From Eledone cirrhosa (taxonomy: Eukaryota): a stretch of DNA of 64,000 nucleotides. Under the pieces are notes generated by a model. That model was not told the origin of the DNA, ran no database searches, and worked only from the letters and a program-made list of their open reading frames with translations. The position numbers and the translations under genes are program-made. Each line of letters begins with the position of its first letter. The first letter of the stretch is position 1. Positions 1 to 11,937 of the stretch are shown in pieces. The stretch is taken from assembly GCA_964016885.1 (NCBI GenBank), contig OZ024743.1:218984001-219048000 (forward strand), written 5' to 3'.

Positions 1-34
<34 letters not shown>

Positions 35-49
35 TATACATATATATAC

Positions 50-82
<33 letters not shown>

Positions 83-94
83 CTTATATATATA
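1..94. repeat. (TA)n/(TACA) microsatellite
   Basis: Direct reading of the sequence. Confidence 0.95.
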
Positions 95-734
95 CGGGGT
101 GTATGTAGATGAACGGGGAGAGGCAATGTCACGCGTAAACAAGATTAGATTAATTCACTCCCAAATAAGAAGTTAGTGATTGCATTAGTAGTTTCTATAT
201 TTGATAAAGAAGAAAACCCTGACACTGAAGGAAATAAATTACTCAGGGACACCCTCTTCGTGAAGCCCAATAGTTAAGTTAGTGTTAACATATTTCATGC
301 AGTTAGCCTCAAAAGGTTAATTAAAACAATCATACTGCATTAAATAGATCATCACTAACTTGACTATTGTTTTTCTCGTGGTGGTGGCGTCTCTGGGAAA
401 TTCCCCACGGTGATTTACTTATATTTTAAATATGCTAATTATTGACGCATCTTCGTGTACACAATTGTATATTTACTTTACGGTGGAGTATATGTTTATC
501 TGAGGATGTCTATTAATACTGATACATGTTATGAGTTGTCTCCCATTGTTTCAGAAATCATTAAAATAGTATTAAAAAGAAAAAAAGAAAAAATATACAT
601 GTTCCGACGATGAGTCTTACTGTTGATTGAACAACAGAACAGCCTGCTTTTCAAATTAATGTGCAAGTTGACCCATATACCCTTATCGTGTGATTCAGTG
701 TGACACGCGTGTGACAAGCTGACCCCTTTCAATT

Positions 735-1263
735 ACAGGTCCTACTCATTTTTGTCAGCTAAGTGGATTACAGCAACGTGAAATAAAGTCTTTTGTTCAA
801 GGAAGCAATGCACCACCAGGAATCGAACACATGATCTTACAATCATAAGCCAATCACTCTGATCATTAACCCTAATCACTAATCCTAACCAATCACTCTG
901 ACCATTAACTCTAACCATAACCTCTAACCCTAACCACTAACCCTAACCCTAACCACTAACCATTAACCATAACCTCTAACCCTAACCACTAACCCTAACC
1001 ACTAACCCTAACCATTAACCATAACCTCTAACCCTAACCACTAACCCTAACCACTAACCCTAACCATTAACCATAACCTCTAACCCTAACCACTAACCCT
1101 AACCACTAACCTCTAGCACTAACCACTAACCCTAACCACTAACCCTAACCACTAACCCTAACCACTAACCCCTAACCCTAACCATTAACCCTAACCCTAA
1201 CAACTAACCCTAACCATAACCTCTAACTCAGAACGCTAACTCTGAACACTAACCCACGTGCTT
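735..1263 (-). mobile_element. tRNA-derived SINE (family 2) whose head is interrupted by a telomere-like expansion
   Basis: Minus strand reads AAGCACGTGGGTTAG...[array]...GTGATTGGCTTATGATTGTAAGATCATGTGTTCGATTCC (B-box) ...TTATTTCACGTTGCTG...CAAAAATGAGTAGG. A related body fragment lies at ~47905-47950. Confidence 0.7.
866..1252 (-). repeat. Degenerate telomere-like array (TTAGGG/TTAGTGG/TTAGAGG/TTATGG units)
   Basis: Plus strand has CCCTAA interspersed with CCACTAA, CCATTAA and CCTCTAA; interstitial position. Confidence 0.9.
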
Positions 1264-1507
1264 AAAAGAGTGTCAATCAAAGTTGCTAGATACATTAACA
1301 TAAAAAGTAGCATACATTTTTTTTTAAGTAACGGATTATATTAGAAAGTAGTGTAAAATGAAAACATGTAAATAAGGATTGCCTGTCGACTCTAATGAGC
1401 TGATCATTTTTATGATATTCAATACTATTGAAAATTAAAACTTCAGTGTAGCAAGTAGCTAAAAAAAAATAGTATCGTAAAGTATCTGGCATATTTACAT
1501 GTCAATA

Positions 1508-1670
1508 AGGCGACAAATTGACACTGTCGTTAGAAAGTCGGATAGAATGCTTTGCGGTATTCGTTTCGGCTCTCTGCTCACTGAGTTCAAATCCCGATGA
1601 GGTCAACTTTTGCCTTTCATCCATTCAAGGTTGATAAAAAAAAATTACTAGTCCAGTACTGAGGTCGATT
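1508..1670 (+). mobile_element. tRNA-derived SINE (family 1), decayed
   Basis: B-box GAGTTCAAATCC followed by the family core GAGGTCAACTTTTGCCTTTCATCC...GATAAAA shared with many copies in the window. Confidence 0.8.
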
Positions 1671-2469
1671 CTTCCTCTGTATCTCTTTCTCTAACTCACT
1701 ACCCTTCTCTGGAAGAAATGTGCTGTATTCAGACCTGGAGAGGAGATGGGCTCCGTCTGGTTTAAAAATGCCATAGAAATGCCATATTTTAAAATGGCGC
1801 CTATACGACTCCCTCGGGAGTTACGAGTCCATACATACATGTCTATATACTACAATGTGTAAATTTATATGCACATTTACGAAATCTCGTTTACTCTAAT
1901 CTGTATATATACAGCTATAACTTTATCATATAGTTTGGATGTCGTGAAAATAACGTAATCCGCCATTTTGGCAATCCTGAAAAAAGTCCTAGATTTCTAC
2001 TGTCTTTAGTTAGCTTTTAATACACACACGTCCTCTTACACACGCACACACACACAACAAGCAAATCTCTACATGGTCGCTCGAACTGCTAGAAACAGTA
2101 ACCCAATGACCCTCAAAACACACTCTTTCCTCTTATAAAAATGAGATACTGTAGTCCAGGAGGCTAGTTCTGGAAAAATGTTAAAATTATTTTGACTTGA
2201 ATGCCTTTAGCTATAAGTCTTCTGTTTATTTACTTATTTATTTAGTTAATCAATTTAGACGTCCGTATAGAGCTAGTAAACCATGACTTACTATGGGGTG
2301 TGTCTAGAACCTCTTACAGTTAAGAAACAAAACAAGTTAAACGGAGAAATAAAAAAGGGAGGGAAAACAAAAGGGGGGTAAAAGAAGCAGAAGAATTTTA
2401 AAAGTGACTGTGGCTAAACAACAACAACAAACATGCGTATACACTGAATCTAGTAGAAAAAGAAGTAAA

Positions 2470-2690
2470 ATAATTGTTTCTACTTTAGGCACAAGGCCAG
2501 CAATTTGAAAGGGAGAGGAAAGTCAATGAAATCGACCCAGTGCATGACTAGTGCTTTATTTTATCGACCCTGTAAGGATGAAAGGCAAAGCTAACCTCGG
2601 CAGGATTTGAATTCAGACCGTAAAGGGTCGTAACTCTATACCGCAAAGCATGTTGCCCGACGCTCTACCGATACTGCCAATCCACCACCC
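2470..2690 (-). mobile_element. tRNA-derived SINE (family 1), near full length
   Basis: Reverse complement of GGGTGGTGGATTGGCAGTATCGGTAGAG...TTCAAATCC...GCCTTTCATCC...CCTTGTGCCTAAAGTAGAAACAATTA. Confidence 0.9.
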
Positions 2691-2815
2691 TCGAGGAAGC
2701 AAAATAATGATTGCTATACTATTGTAACAGGTGGTGTTGCTGGTGTGATATAACGGGGATATAATTTTGTTTTGTTACTAGTATGTTTGATCAATTGTTA
2801 TTGGGAAAGGCGTAG

Positions 2816-2917
2816 TTGGCGACGGTAGTGGTGACAGCGGCGGAGGCGGTGACGGTGGTGGTGGTGGTGGTGGCTTCGGTGGCGGCAGAGGCGGCGGCGA
2901 CAGTGGCTTTGGTGGTT
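2816..2917. repeat. GGT/GGC trinucleotide-like low-complexity tract
   Basis: Direct reading. Confidence 0.7.
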
Positions 2918-2919
2918 AG

Positions 2920-3460
2920 AGCTCCAGATTAGCCTTGATTGACTACGGTCGAAGTTATTCCAGTCATGACAGAGGACGAGATGAAGAAATAGAATCCATA
3001 AATATATGGATGTTAAATGGATGAAAGTAGTACAGGATATGACTGATAGGGGTTGATAATAGTTAAGAATGGTGATGGTAATTGCTTCGATAATGTATAA
3101 GTTTTTTTTCTCACTCGCCATATTCAGGTTGCGAAACTCTATTTGTATGTATGCACTTCATAGAGAGCGTTCCTCTCAAACATTTTCGCATCTACCCTAT
3201 ATTGACACACGAATTTTTCTCCATTGCTATATATATATTTAGCTGTATTTTAGTATAACCATCTTACAAAGTAGCTATGTTTCACCGAGGATTTCGAAAC
3301 ATGTCCGTAGCTTTCACCAAACTCCAATCCAATTGCATTGTCTAAATTTGTTCCAAAATACTTGAACCTTCTCAGGCAATAGGAATATTCTCCTCTGTTT
3401 GTTTCTCATGATCTGAATATCTCTAAGTTGCATTTGGGTCTAAAAATTGCTAAGATTGTC
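2920..3460. mobile_element. Possible decayed Penelope-like remnant
   Basis: Minus-strand peptide KKNLYIIEAITITILNYYQP resembles a GIY-YIG C-terminus. AGCTA...CGAAACATGTCCGTAGCT at ~3273-3312 resembles a hammerhead 3' half. Weak. Confidence 0.3.
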
Positions 3461-3565
3461 TTAGTTGATTGAAGTTTTTTCCAGCTCATCTTCACTATAT
3501 AAGACTATATTTATGTACATATATATATGTGTATGTGAGTGTGTGTGTATAAATATATATATACG

Positions 3566-3573
<8 letters not shown>

Positions 3574-3646
<73 letters not shown>
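3574..3646. repeat. (TG)n microsatellite
   Basis: Direct reading. Confidence 0.95.
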
Positions 3647-3647
<1 letters not shown>

Positions 3648-4098
3648 TTAATAGTCAATGGCCACCCAAAATCACCGGGAGAGATGACCCCTTAGCCTTT
3701 GTCAAGGCAGAGTTCTAGGAGAAGGAAAACTCTGATATAATACCTGCAACCCTGATGGTATCCAATGATGTTGACTTGTTCTTCTTTTTGGTAAATATCA
3801 TCTTGGTTAAGAGAGTGGGACTGGCTTTGTGCAGTGCCTTTGTTCACTATAAAAGCTTCACGGCACAGGTATTGCTTTATATCTGGAGATCTCTCTGCAC
3901 CTGTCGTCACATGGTACCATGGGCCCCGCACTATGTGTCAATAATTGTCACAAGTGTAGTGTTTGTACCAGAGTTTTCAAGTCGCTGGCTGGACTAAAAA
4001 GTCACACTCGTTCAGCGCATCGGTACGGCTTCTCCTACATGGATATAAAGTAGTGGCCGTACTCGAAAACGAGTTGGCAGCCACCATCTATGTATGTA
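3647..4098 (+). mobile_element. Non-autonomous RTE-derived element family 1, 5'-truncated
   Basis: RTE 5'UTR-like motif CTAGGAGAAGGAAAACTCTG; 3' part encodes the RTE-type C-terminal C2H2 finger CSVCTRVFKSLAGLKSHTRSAH; ends GCAGCCACCAT-(ATGT). Six highly similar copies in the window. Confidence 0.85.
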
Positions 4099-4099
4099 T

Positions 4100-4400
4100 A
4101 ACCGCGCGATCCTAGCCTTTGTCAGGGCAGTCTTCTAGGAGAAGGCAACTCGGGAAACTGGAATAACTCCGACATAAAACCTGCGACTCAGTAGTTACAG
4201 ATAATTTTGATCTTTCTTCTTTTCGGGTTATAGCTACTGTCGCTCAAAGAGTGGGATTGGCTTAGTGCACAGTCTTTCCTCACTTTAAAAAAAATCTTCA
4301 CGTACATGCATTGCACGATAGCATTAATTGATAATTATTAATAATGTTATATCGTGCAATGGCCATACTCGATAACGAGGAGGCAGTCATCATGCGTGTA
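4100..4400 (+). mobile_element. Non-autonomous RTE-derived element family 2
   Basis: Paralogous to family 1 (CCTAGCCTTTGTCAGGGCAG..CTAGGAGAAGGCAACTC; end GGCCATACTCGATAACGAG..GCAG). Second copy at 46185-46735. Confidence 0.75.
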
Positions 4401-4666
4401 TATCGGGGACTACATTGTCCAACGTGTCCTATATTTAAGATAATGTTAGGGTGTGATTTGAGGGACATTTCGCTGCTATATCTAGCAAGTCGAACGGCCG
4501 TTTGTCTGGCTGGTTGGTTTTTGTTGTTTGTTTGTCTGGTGGGTGGCTTTTTATGTCTGTCTCATTTTATCTCGTTGCTCCTGTTTTCTTTAATGGGAAC
4601 AAACATCGACTTTGTGGTGAAATTAAACTAAAAACAAAAACAGATCGAGAGAGATAGCTCAGATAC

Positions 4667-4815
4667 CTACATACATACACACATATATACATACATACAT
4701 ACATACATACATACATACATACACACATATATACATACATAAATACATACATAAATACATACACACATACATACACACATATATTCATATATATATACAT
4801 ACATACATACATACA
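4667..4815. repeat. (TACA)n microsatellite
   Basis: Direct reading. Confidence 0.9.
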
Positions 4816-5422
4816 TGGTGGCTGCCAACTCGTTTTCGAGTACGGCCACTACTTTATATCCATGTAGGAGAACCCCTACCGATGCGCTGAACGAGTGTGA
4901 CTTTTTAGTCCAGCCAGCGACTTGAAAACTCTGGTACAAACACTACACTTGTGACAATTATTGACACATAGTGCTGGGCCCATGGTACCATGTGACGACA
5001 AGTGCAGAGAGATCTCCAGATATAAAGCAATGCCTGTGCCGTGAAGCTTTTATAGTGAGCAAAGGCACTGCACAAAGCCAATCCCACTCTCTTAACCAAG
5101 GTGATATTTACCAAAAAGAAGAACAAGTCAACATCATTGGATACCATCAGGGTTTCAGGTGTTATATCAGAGTTTTCCTTCTCCTAGAAATCTGCCTTGA
5201 CAAAGGCTAAGGGGTCATCTCTCCCGGTGATTTTGGATAGCCATTGACTCTTAAAAGCTCCTTTTCCCTTTGACAGGTTTTGTTTTTAGTCCTGCAGGAT
5301 GTCCAAAGTCACCCTCCTCACCTGAAACCTTGGTGGGGTTGCCAGTTTAGTCGCCAACGACCCGACCATGAGACAGGTTGTACTTGGATACATGTTACCA
5401 GTAGAACCAACTGGTGACCTGA
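4814..5422 (-). mobile_element. Non-autonomous RTE-derived element family 1, full length (~610 bp)
   Basis: Starts GTCAGGTCACCAGTTGG and ends GCAGCCACCAT; (TACA)n on both sides. Confidence 0.9.
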
Positions 5423-5559
5423 CATACATACATACATACATACATACATACATACATACATACACACATGCCTGCATACACACATGCATACACACACGCC
5501 TGCATACATACATACATACATACATACATACATACATACATACATACATACAAACATAC

Positions 5560-5634
5560 ATTTTCTTTTACAACCTTGCCACCAGGAAGGTGGCCGGTCA
5601 AAAAAATATACTCGAAATTAAGAGAAAGAGATAA
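5560..5634 (+). mobile_element. Extremely 5'-truncated R4/Dong family A copy (3'UTR only)
   Basis: TTTTCTTTTACAACCTTGCCACCAGGAAGGTGGCCGGTC...GAAATTAAGAGAAAGAG matches the 3'UTR at 40205-40278; flanked by (TACA)n. Confidence 0.9.
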
Positions 5635-5929
5635 CATACATACATTATTAGTGATAGAAAAAGTGAGACTATCATAAAGACCAAAAAATACAGGAATGAA
5701 GTATATAGCATCATAAATAGTTCACTACTTATCTTAAGAAACGAAACCAAATGTCTTTAGTCGATCACCTACAATATTACATAACAGAGCCAGTACATAG
5801 CTGTCTACATGAGGCGTCTCTTACATTTAAAGGCGTTGTTTACTTTTGACCAAATATACTAAGCAAATTTCAGAAATAATTACAACCATTGTAAGACTTA
5901 TCAGACCTGAATAGACCTATTGTAAGACA

Positions 5930-6150
5930 AGATGGCGAGATTAATGAGTGGTTAAGGGTGGTAGGTTGGTAGAATTAGGAAAACCTCCGGCAATAATTAC
6001 TTGTAGTATAAAATAATTTCACTTTAGGTTCTGATTTCGGATCCTATGAAGCTCAGCTTTGTCTTTCAAACTTCCGGCGGTCGATAAATTAAGTACCTGA
6101 CAAGAATGTTGATAGGAATTGACTGTATCCTCTCCAAAGAAGTTCAAATC
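5930..6150 (+). mobile_element. Decayed tRNA-SINE fragments
   Basis: GTGGTTAAGGG head-like motif and CTTTGTCTTTCA...GGTCGATAAATTAAGTACC core. Confidence 0.5.
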
Positions 6151-6213
6151 CTGTGTTTATATGTTCTATGCTTTTTAGTATCGTAATTCCTGAAGGAGTT
6201 GTAGGAGCGCCGG

Positions 6214-6406
6214 AGACCTGTCAACCTCTGAAAAACCAAACGGGGAGAACCATGCAACAAAGTGCCTCAAAACGAGGAGAAATGAGGCAAAATGGGAAGA
6301 TTTTACATAATGAAAACTATACCCATTTTCACAAGAGAAGACATCTCTCACCCATTTCAAAGTGGATGGGAGATCTCCCCGTCGGACAGGGAGAGTTGAC
6401 AGGTCT
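6214..6406. mobile_element. Small MITE-like element (hAT-like TIR)
   Basis: 12-bp inverted repeat AGACCTGTCAAC ... GTTGACAGGTCT; no clear TSD. Confidence 0.4.
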
Positions 6407-6483
6407 ACATACGGCGTTTTTAGGGTATTTTAACACCTGGCGGAGCCCATCTCCTCTTCAGGTCTGGATGCAGCAGATTTCTT

Positions 6484-6485
<2 letters not shown>

Positions 6486-6543
<58 letters not shown>

Positions 6544-6553
6544 AGAGAGAGAG
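6486..6553. repeat. (GA)n microsatellite
   Basis: Direct reading. Confidence 0.95.
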
Positions 6554-6659
6554 TGGAAAATGAGAAAAATATATAGAGAAAGAATCGACCCGAGTACTAG
6601 ACTGGTATGTATCATCATCACTCTATATCTTTCTATTTCATCTTTTATTTCTCATTCTA

Positions 6660-6695
6660 TCTTCTGATGAAGGACTAGTGTCCGAAACATTACCA
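6660..6695 (+). ncRNA. Minimal hammerhead ribozyme motif in a Penelope-like LTR remnant (decayed)
   Basis: CTGATGA-AGGAC-TAGT-GTCC-GAAAC; stems I and III are degenerate. Confidence 0.55.
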
Positions 6696-6878
6696 CACTT
6701 TTCCTATTATTTCAAGCGTTAAACTAACATATTTCTTCATTGTAATGTGTTGTTTGCTTTGTTTTTTCTGTTTACTTTTTACATTACATATTTTTATGCT
6801 CGATAAACGATTTTGAAGATCCTTGTTTGCTGCAGGAAAGTGTATCTTACAAACATTCAAGAACAGCTGTATTTACAC

Positions 6879-8795
6879 GAAGCCAAATGAAACCTAGTGC
6901 CTCAGAGAAGGTAGTTGAGGTAAGGGTCCATCTTAGGTCAATATCCCAATCTCACCATCAATCACCATCTCAAGGGAAAAAGATACAGCTTATCATGGCC
7001 AAAAAATCACTAGACGACGCTTATCTTAATGCTGAAGCCGACTATATCTCAGGTAGGATTGATCAGCTATCGCAACATCACATCAGCAAACACCATCATC
7101 TTGCTTGGAAGGCTGTCAAAGATCTTTCAGGCAAAAACTCAAACTCTGCAGTTAGAATCAAAGGAGGCTCTGCCAAAAAACGTCTTGAAAATTGGTCTGC
7201 TCATTTTAAAAACCTTCTAGGGAAAAAGGCCAGACTCCCTGATAACTATCAACTGCCATCCGTTCAGGTCTCAGAGCCTTTAGGAATCAACACCTCTCCT
7301 TTCACCATGCCTGAGCTCAAAGAAACCATCAAACAGCTCAAAGCCTCAAAAGCCTTTGGGCCGGATAATATACCTACCCTGATTTGGGAGGATGAGCATT
7401 TCCACATCCTTTTGCTCAACTTATGTAACCATACTTTCGAGACCAATAAACCACCTAGCGTCTGGCATGCAGCTCAAATTATCCCCATGCCCAAAAAAGG
7501 AGATCTTTCTTTAGCCACCAACTATAGAGGAATTTCTCTCATGGCAATTGCTGCAAAAATATACAACAAGCTTCTTCTTAACCGCTTAATCCCATTTCTT
7601 GAGCCAATCCTTCGTAACAACCAGAATGGATTTAGGAGAGGTAGATCAACACTTAGCCAGATTCTCTGCCTTCGCCGACTTATAGGAGTCCCAAAACCGC
7701 AATCTAGACCTTGCACTCATCTTTGTTGATTTTTCAAAAGCCTTCGACTCAGTTGACAGGTCGGGGATGTTTGAAATTCTACAACTCTATGGGATTCCTG
7801 ATAAAATCATCGCGGCCATACGTGTAATGTATACAGATACCAAATCAACTGTCCTGACCCCAAATGGGGAAACACCACCTTTCTCAATCCTCGCTGGAAT
7901 TTTACAGGGCGATACCCTTGCTCCGTATCTATTTATCATTGTTGTGGATTATGTTTTGCGCATGTCTGTCGATAGGATTCAGGATAGGGGATACCAACTA
8001 CAGCCTAGGAGAAGCTCACGCTACTCAGCAAAATACTTGACCGACACCGACTTTGCTGACGACATCGCATTGATCAGTCGGACACTGGAAAATGCTGAGA
8101 GTCTTTTGAAGTCATTAGAGCAAGCGTCCAACTGTGTTGGACTGTACCTCAACAAATCCAAGACTGAGTATGTGAACAGATGCGCAAACAGCCCAAACTA
8201 CCCCATCAGAACCCTTAATGGTACCACCCTTAAGCAGGTGGAAGATTACAAGTATCTTGGCTCATATATCTCCTCCTCCAAAAAAGATTTTCTAACCAGG
8301 AAGGGTATGGCATGGTCAGCCATATGGACATCTCAACTTACCAACAAGCTAAAACTGGAAATATTCCAAGCAACCATTAAGCCCATATTACTTTATGGAT
8401 CCGAAACTTGGACACTAACATCACAACTTGAGAGGAGATTGGATGGCACATATACCCGCCTCTTAATGAGAGTGCAAAACCTATCCTGGAAACGACATCC
8501 CACCTTGTCTAAAATCTATGGCAAACTCCCTCGAGCCTCTGCCCTTCTAAAATCCCGGAGAGCTCAATTTGCTGGCCACTGTCACCGTGCCAGCAATGAA
8601 ATCATATCCGCTCTCTTGCTCTGGAAACTTGACTCCAGCCTGACTAGGAGTAGGAAGCTGTCATTCCCTGACGTTATCTCTAGGGATACGGGAATCAGTA
8701 GACAGGACCTGGGAGCAGCGATGAAGGACAGGGAATTCTGGGGCATGAGAGTGAGATCCATCATCTCGACAGTAGTCGACGAATGATGATGATGA
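6879..8795 (+). mobile_element. RTE-clade LINE, 5'-truncated, frameshifted RT pseudogene
   Basis: RT motifs GPDNIP, NYRGISL, QNGFRRGRST, FVDFSKAFDSV (after a frameshift near 7690), GILQGDTLAP, FADD, YKYLGS, LLYGSETW. (GAT)n tail; 11-bp TSD TGTATTTACAC at 6868-6878 and 8796-8806. Confidence 0.93.
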
Positions 8796-9220
8796 TGTAT
8801 TTACACTGTACCAGCTCAATTCACATGCAATAAATTCATTACGTCTCTCAAGCTTACATTCACTCTTATTATCCAACGGTGTCCGCACATTCCAGCATGA
8901 AATAGTCATGTTCCAATGATACATTTTGTAATTTTCCTTTGCTTTTCTGACCCTAGAGTGGACGCCCCTCTGTTGTGCCAAACTGACCAGACAGAAAACG
9001 ACAGGCAAGTTTTAGTTCACACATTTTAGAACCTTCCCATAACTTCCCTTCCCCCAATAGAATTGCTCAGAAACACACACAGCAGCCTAATTCCATCACT
9101 GTCTAGGAAGATAGAGAAGACGTTATCTAACATAGGCCATCTACGTGTATGTCGGTGACAACAAGTTTCCGGCCTGTCAGGTCACCACGCGTTGCCACCT
9201 TCCAATCACCGCAGGTAAAA
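8796..9220 (-). mobile_element. Old RTE (BovB-like) 5' fragment with APE N-terminus; continues at ~6800-6878
   Basis: Peptide MTISCWNVRTPLD...ERRNEFIACELSWYSVNTAVLE runs across the younger RTE insertion. Confidence 0.7.
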
Positions 9221-9468
9221 TAAAGTTAATGATACTTGTTGAGAAATTTCAAGCCCAATAAGGCTTGTAATAACATCTCATAAACCCTTTCAACTCTATT
9301 GGAACAATCCAGAGACAAGCAGAGACAAGATATCTTTTGTTAATAAAAGGTCATTGATTCAGGAGTCTGGGAGTGTCGTGATCTTAGGCACAAGCTAAGG
9401 ATCCCGAAAATAGCCAAAACTATTCCCTGCAAAACTGGTTTTATATCAGGATGAACTACCGTTAAAGA

Positions 9469-9975
9469 CTTCTTCTTCTTCTTCTTCTTCTTCTTCCACT
9501 TATTCCTGAGAGGATTGTTGGGGCAGAGTCGTCTAGTACTCCTTCCAGAGGGTCCTGTCAGAAGCAATCATCTCCAACTAATCCAACTGGATCCTCAAGC
9601 GTGACCAGCCAAGCTCAACAATGTTATCCAAACATCCTGCCCTGGGTCTACCACTGGGTCTCTTTCCGGCTGGTTTTGCCCGTAAAATCTGACCAACGAT
9701 TCTTTCCTAAGACATTCTAACCACATGCGCATATTATCAGAGCTATGATCTCTCAATTCGGAGAAGTAGCGGCTCTACCTTGAGTGACTCTCTGATCCCC
9801 AAGCTTCGCACGCTATTGTTACTCCAAAGACCCTTCGGAGGAATCCCGTTTCAGCCGCTTGTATTCGCAATCGTATTCTTTCGGTTATTACCCAATATTT
9901 ATGACTATAGGTAAGGGTTGGCACGAAAACCGAATTGTAGATAGCAAGTTTGGCTTTTACACCTACCTCCTTTCT
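9469..9975 (-). mobile_element. RTE LINE 3' fragment with (GAA)n tail
   Basis: Minus-strand peptide KAKLAIYNSVFVPTLTYSHKYWVITERIRLRIQAAE...RPSGRPRAG; (GAA)n tail at 9469-9496. Confidence 0.8.
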
Positions 9976-10389
9976 TCTGATTACAGAGACATGCTTTAAT
10001 AAAAAAAATAATCACAGAGATTGTACAGCATACCAAACATTAACCCTCAACTTCTCAGTATCTGTGATAGATAGTTGTTATCGTGTCTTGTTTATTTCCT
10101 TATGTAATTCCGTGACGACAGAAAGGATTGAATACTCCTCAAACCGTCATACTGTACTTCGAATCTGGTGAATATAATCGTGTACCCCCATATAACTGAA
10201 TTATAATATATAGGAAAAAAAACACGAGCACACTTGAAACATGTGATTGTGATATGTCGTTAAATAGTTCAACAATAATTAAACAATTACACTTTTTAGA
10301 TAGCACTCAATACGAGTTCAATTCACGACAGTTGTTGACATCACACACAGTTCATCCGTCCTTTTTACAGTATTATTGTTGGACTATGA

Positions 10390-10525
10390 TGGATTGACAG
10401 TAACGCTAGAGCCTCAGACAAAATGGTTTCCAGTATTTAGCTACGATTTTCTGCGTTATGAGTTCAAATCCCACCGAGGTCAACTTTGCCTTTCTTTCTT
10501 GCGGGGACGATTAAATAAAGTGCCA
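10390..10525 (+). mobile_element. tRNA-derived SINE (family 1), decayed
   Basis: GAGTTCAAATCCCACCGAGGTCAACTTTGCCTTTC core. Confidence 0.75.
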
Positions 10526-10594
10526 ATGGTGTGGTAAATAAATATATACATATATATTAGGTCTGAACATAATGGAATTAAATTCCATTTTCAC

Positions 10595-10692
10595 TGTTTC
10601 CGTCTCTCTCGCTCTCCCCATCTCCTACTGTTATAAGTAAATGGGGGCCCACACGCTGGTCGCCCCGCGATCCCGGTGAACATAATATAGAG
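10595..10692 (+). mobile_element. Fragment of the palindromic MITE seen at 60717-61130
   Basis: CTCCCCATCTC...AAATGGGGGCCC.CACGCT...CCCGGT shared with the left arm of 60717-61130. Confidence 0.55.
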
Positions 10693-11052
10693 TGTCAGTT
10701 AAGTTCTTGGGTCAATATAATAGATTTTCTCCTTGCCCCGAATAACTGACCATGTTCCTAAAATAGTAACCATCATCAGTCGGCAAGCTTGATAGTTGTA
10801 TCAGTTTAGTCGCCGAGGAATGTACAATACAACAGTTTGTACCGGATTACATATTACTAGTGAAGCTGTTTAACTATATATATTGTGAAAAAATAAAAAA
10901 ACAATTTAGTGCAGCAAAGATACAACACATTCAGCAAGACAAAAAGTACATTATATATATCAACCTCCATTAAGACCACACAATGAAATGTAAGAGTTTA
11001 GTGAATGAATGCAGTAAGTGAATCATATTTATCTTTAATCTGCTTATCTAAC

Positions 11053-11142
<90 letters not shown>

Positions 11143-11149
11143 TACATAC

Positions 11150-11192
<43 letters not shown>
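11053..11192. repeat. (CA)n/(TA)n microsatellite
   Basis: Direct reading. Confidence 0.95.
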
Positions 11193-11194
<2 letters not shown>

Positions 11195-11375
11195 ACTGTA
11201 TCAGTTTGCCGCTTTATTTAATAGTGGTAAGAAATTCTCGGGAGACCTGAACAGCAGAAGGTCTTCAGAGAAAAATCCCCGTTCAAGCAAGTGTGTCGGC
11301 TTTAACTTCTATAGCTACCTCAAATGTGTTGCCTTCTGGTTATGTTAAAAAGTATTATATATTTAGAACTATAGG

Positions 11376-11594
11376 TACGAGGGTCGGCTGAAAGGTCCAT
11401 AGGCTGAAAAGTTCATAGGCTGACCAAGACACTCTCATGGAATGACCAAATGAGATTTATGTTTCAACATAATCCCTGGAAACAAAACAATCCAGTTATT
11501 AATAAGAAGAATTGAAATTAATGCATGCTAGATTTCACAACTCTAGCATCACTCCTTCATAGTCAGCCTATGAACTTTTCAGCTAACCCGCGTA
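11376..11594. mobile_element. Mariner-derived MITE
   Basis: TA-CGAGGGTCGGCTGAAA...TTCAGCTAACCCGCG-TA TIRs. Related copies at 52397-52480, 58638-58836, 60334-60519 and 63226-63325. Confidence 0.8.
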
Positions 11595-11937
11595 GTAGAG
11601 AGACAGGCCAGAGATTTTATAATGTTGGCTTTCGTATTTTACGTTTCAAATGTTTAATATCACTAGGACTTAGGTGTTGTTATTTCTTATAGATATAAAA
11701 TACCGTTGAGAGAAACCTAATCTAGTTTATGTGTTTAGTAAACTCATTGCAACCCATATTCCTCCTGTGAAATGTCAAACCTTTTGTGTGGAATCCTAAT
11801 AAGTCCATGTTCTTTTGAAATGCCTGAATTTTATACAATCACGTCATTCTCCCTATATAAATAAAAACCATGTGTCCTCTAAGAAATTCCTATATTATAA
11901 GTTCTAGGTTATATATTTATTATTAGATATTGTTATA

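Noticed and set aside
866-1252. True chromosome telomere
   Set aside because: Short, highly degenerate, with SINE sequence on both sides.
3755-3997. Recurrent 80-aa ORF MVSNDVDLFFFLV... as a small gene family
   Set aside because: It recurs only because the non-autonomous element is multicopy; the only recognisable protein remnant (the C2H2 finger) is in another frame.
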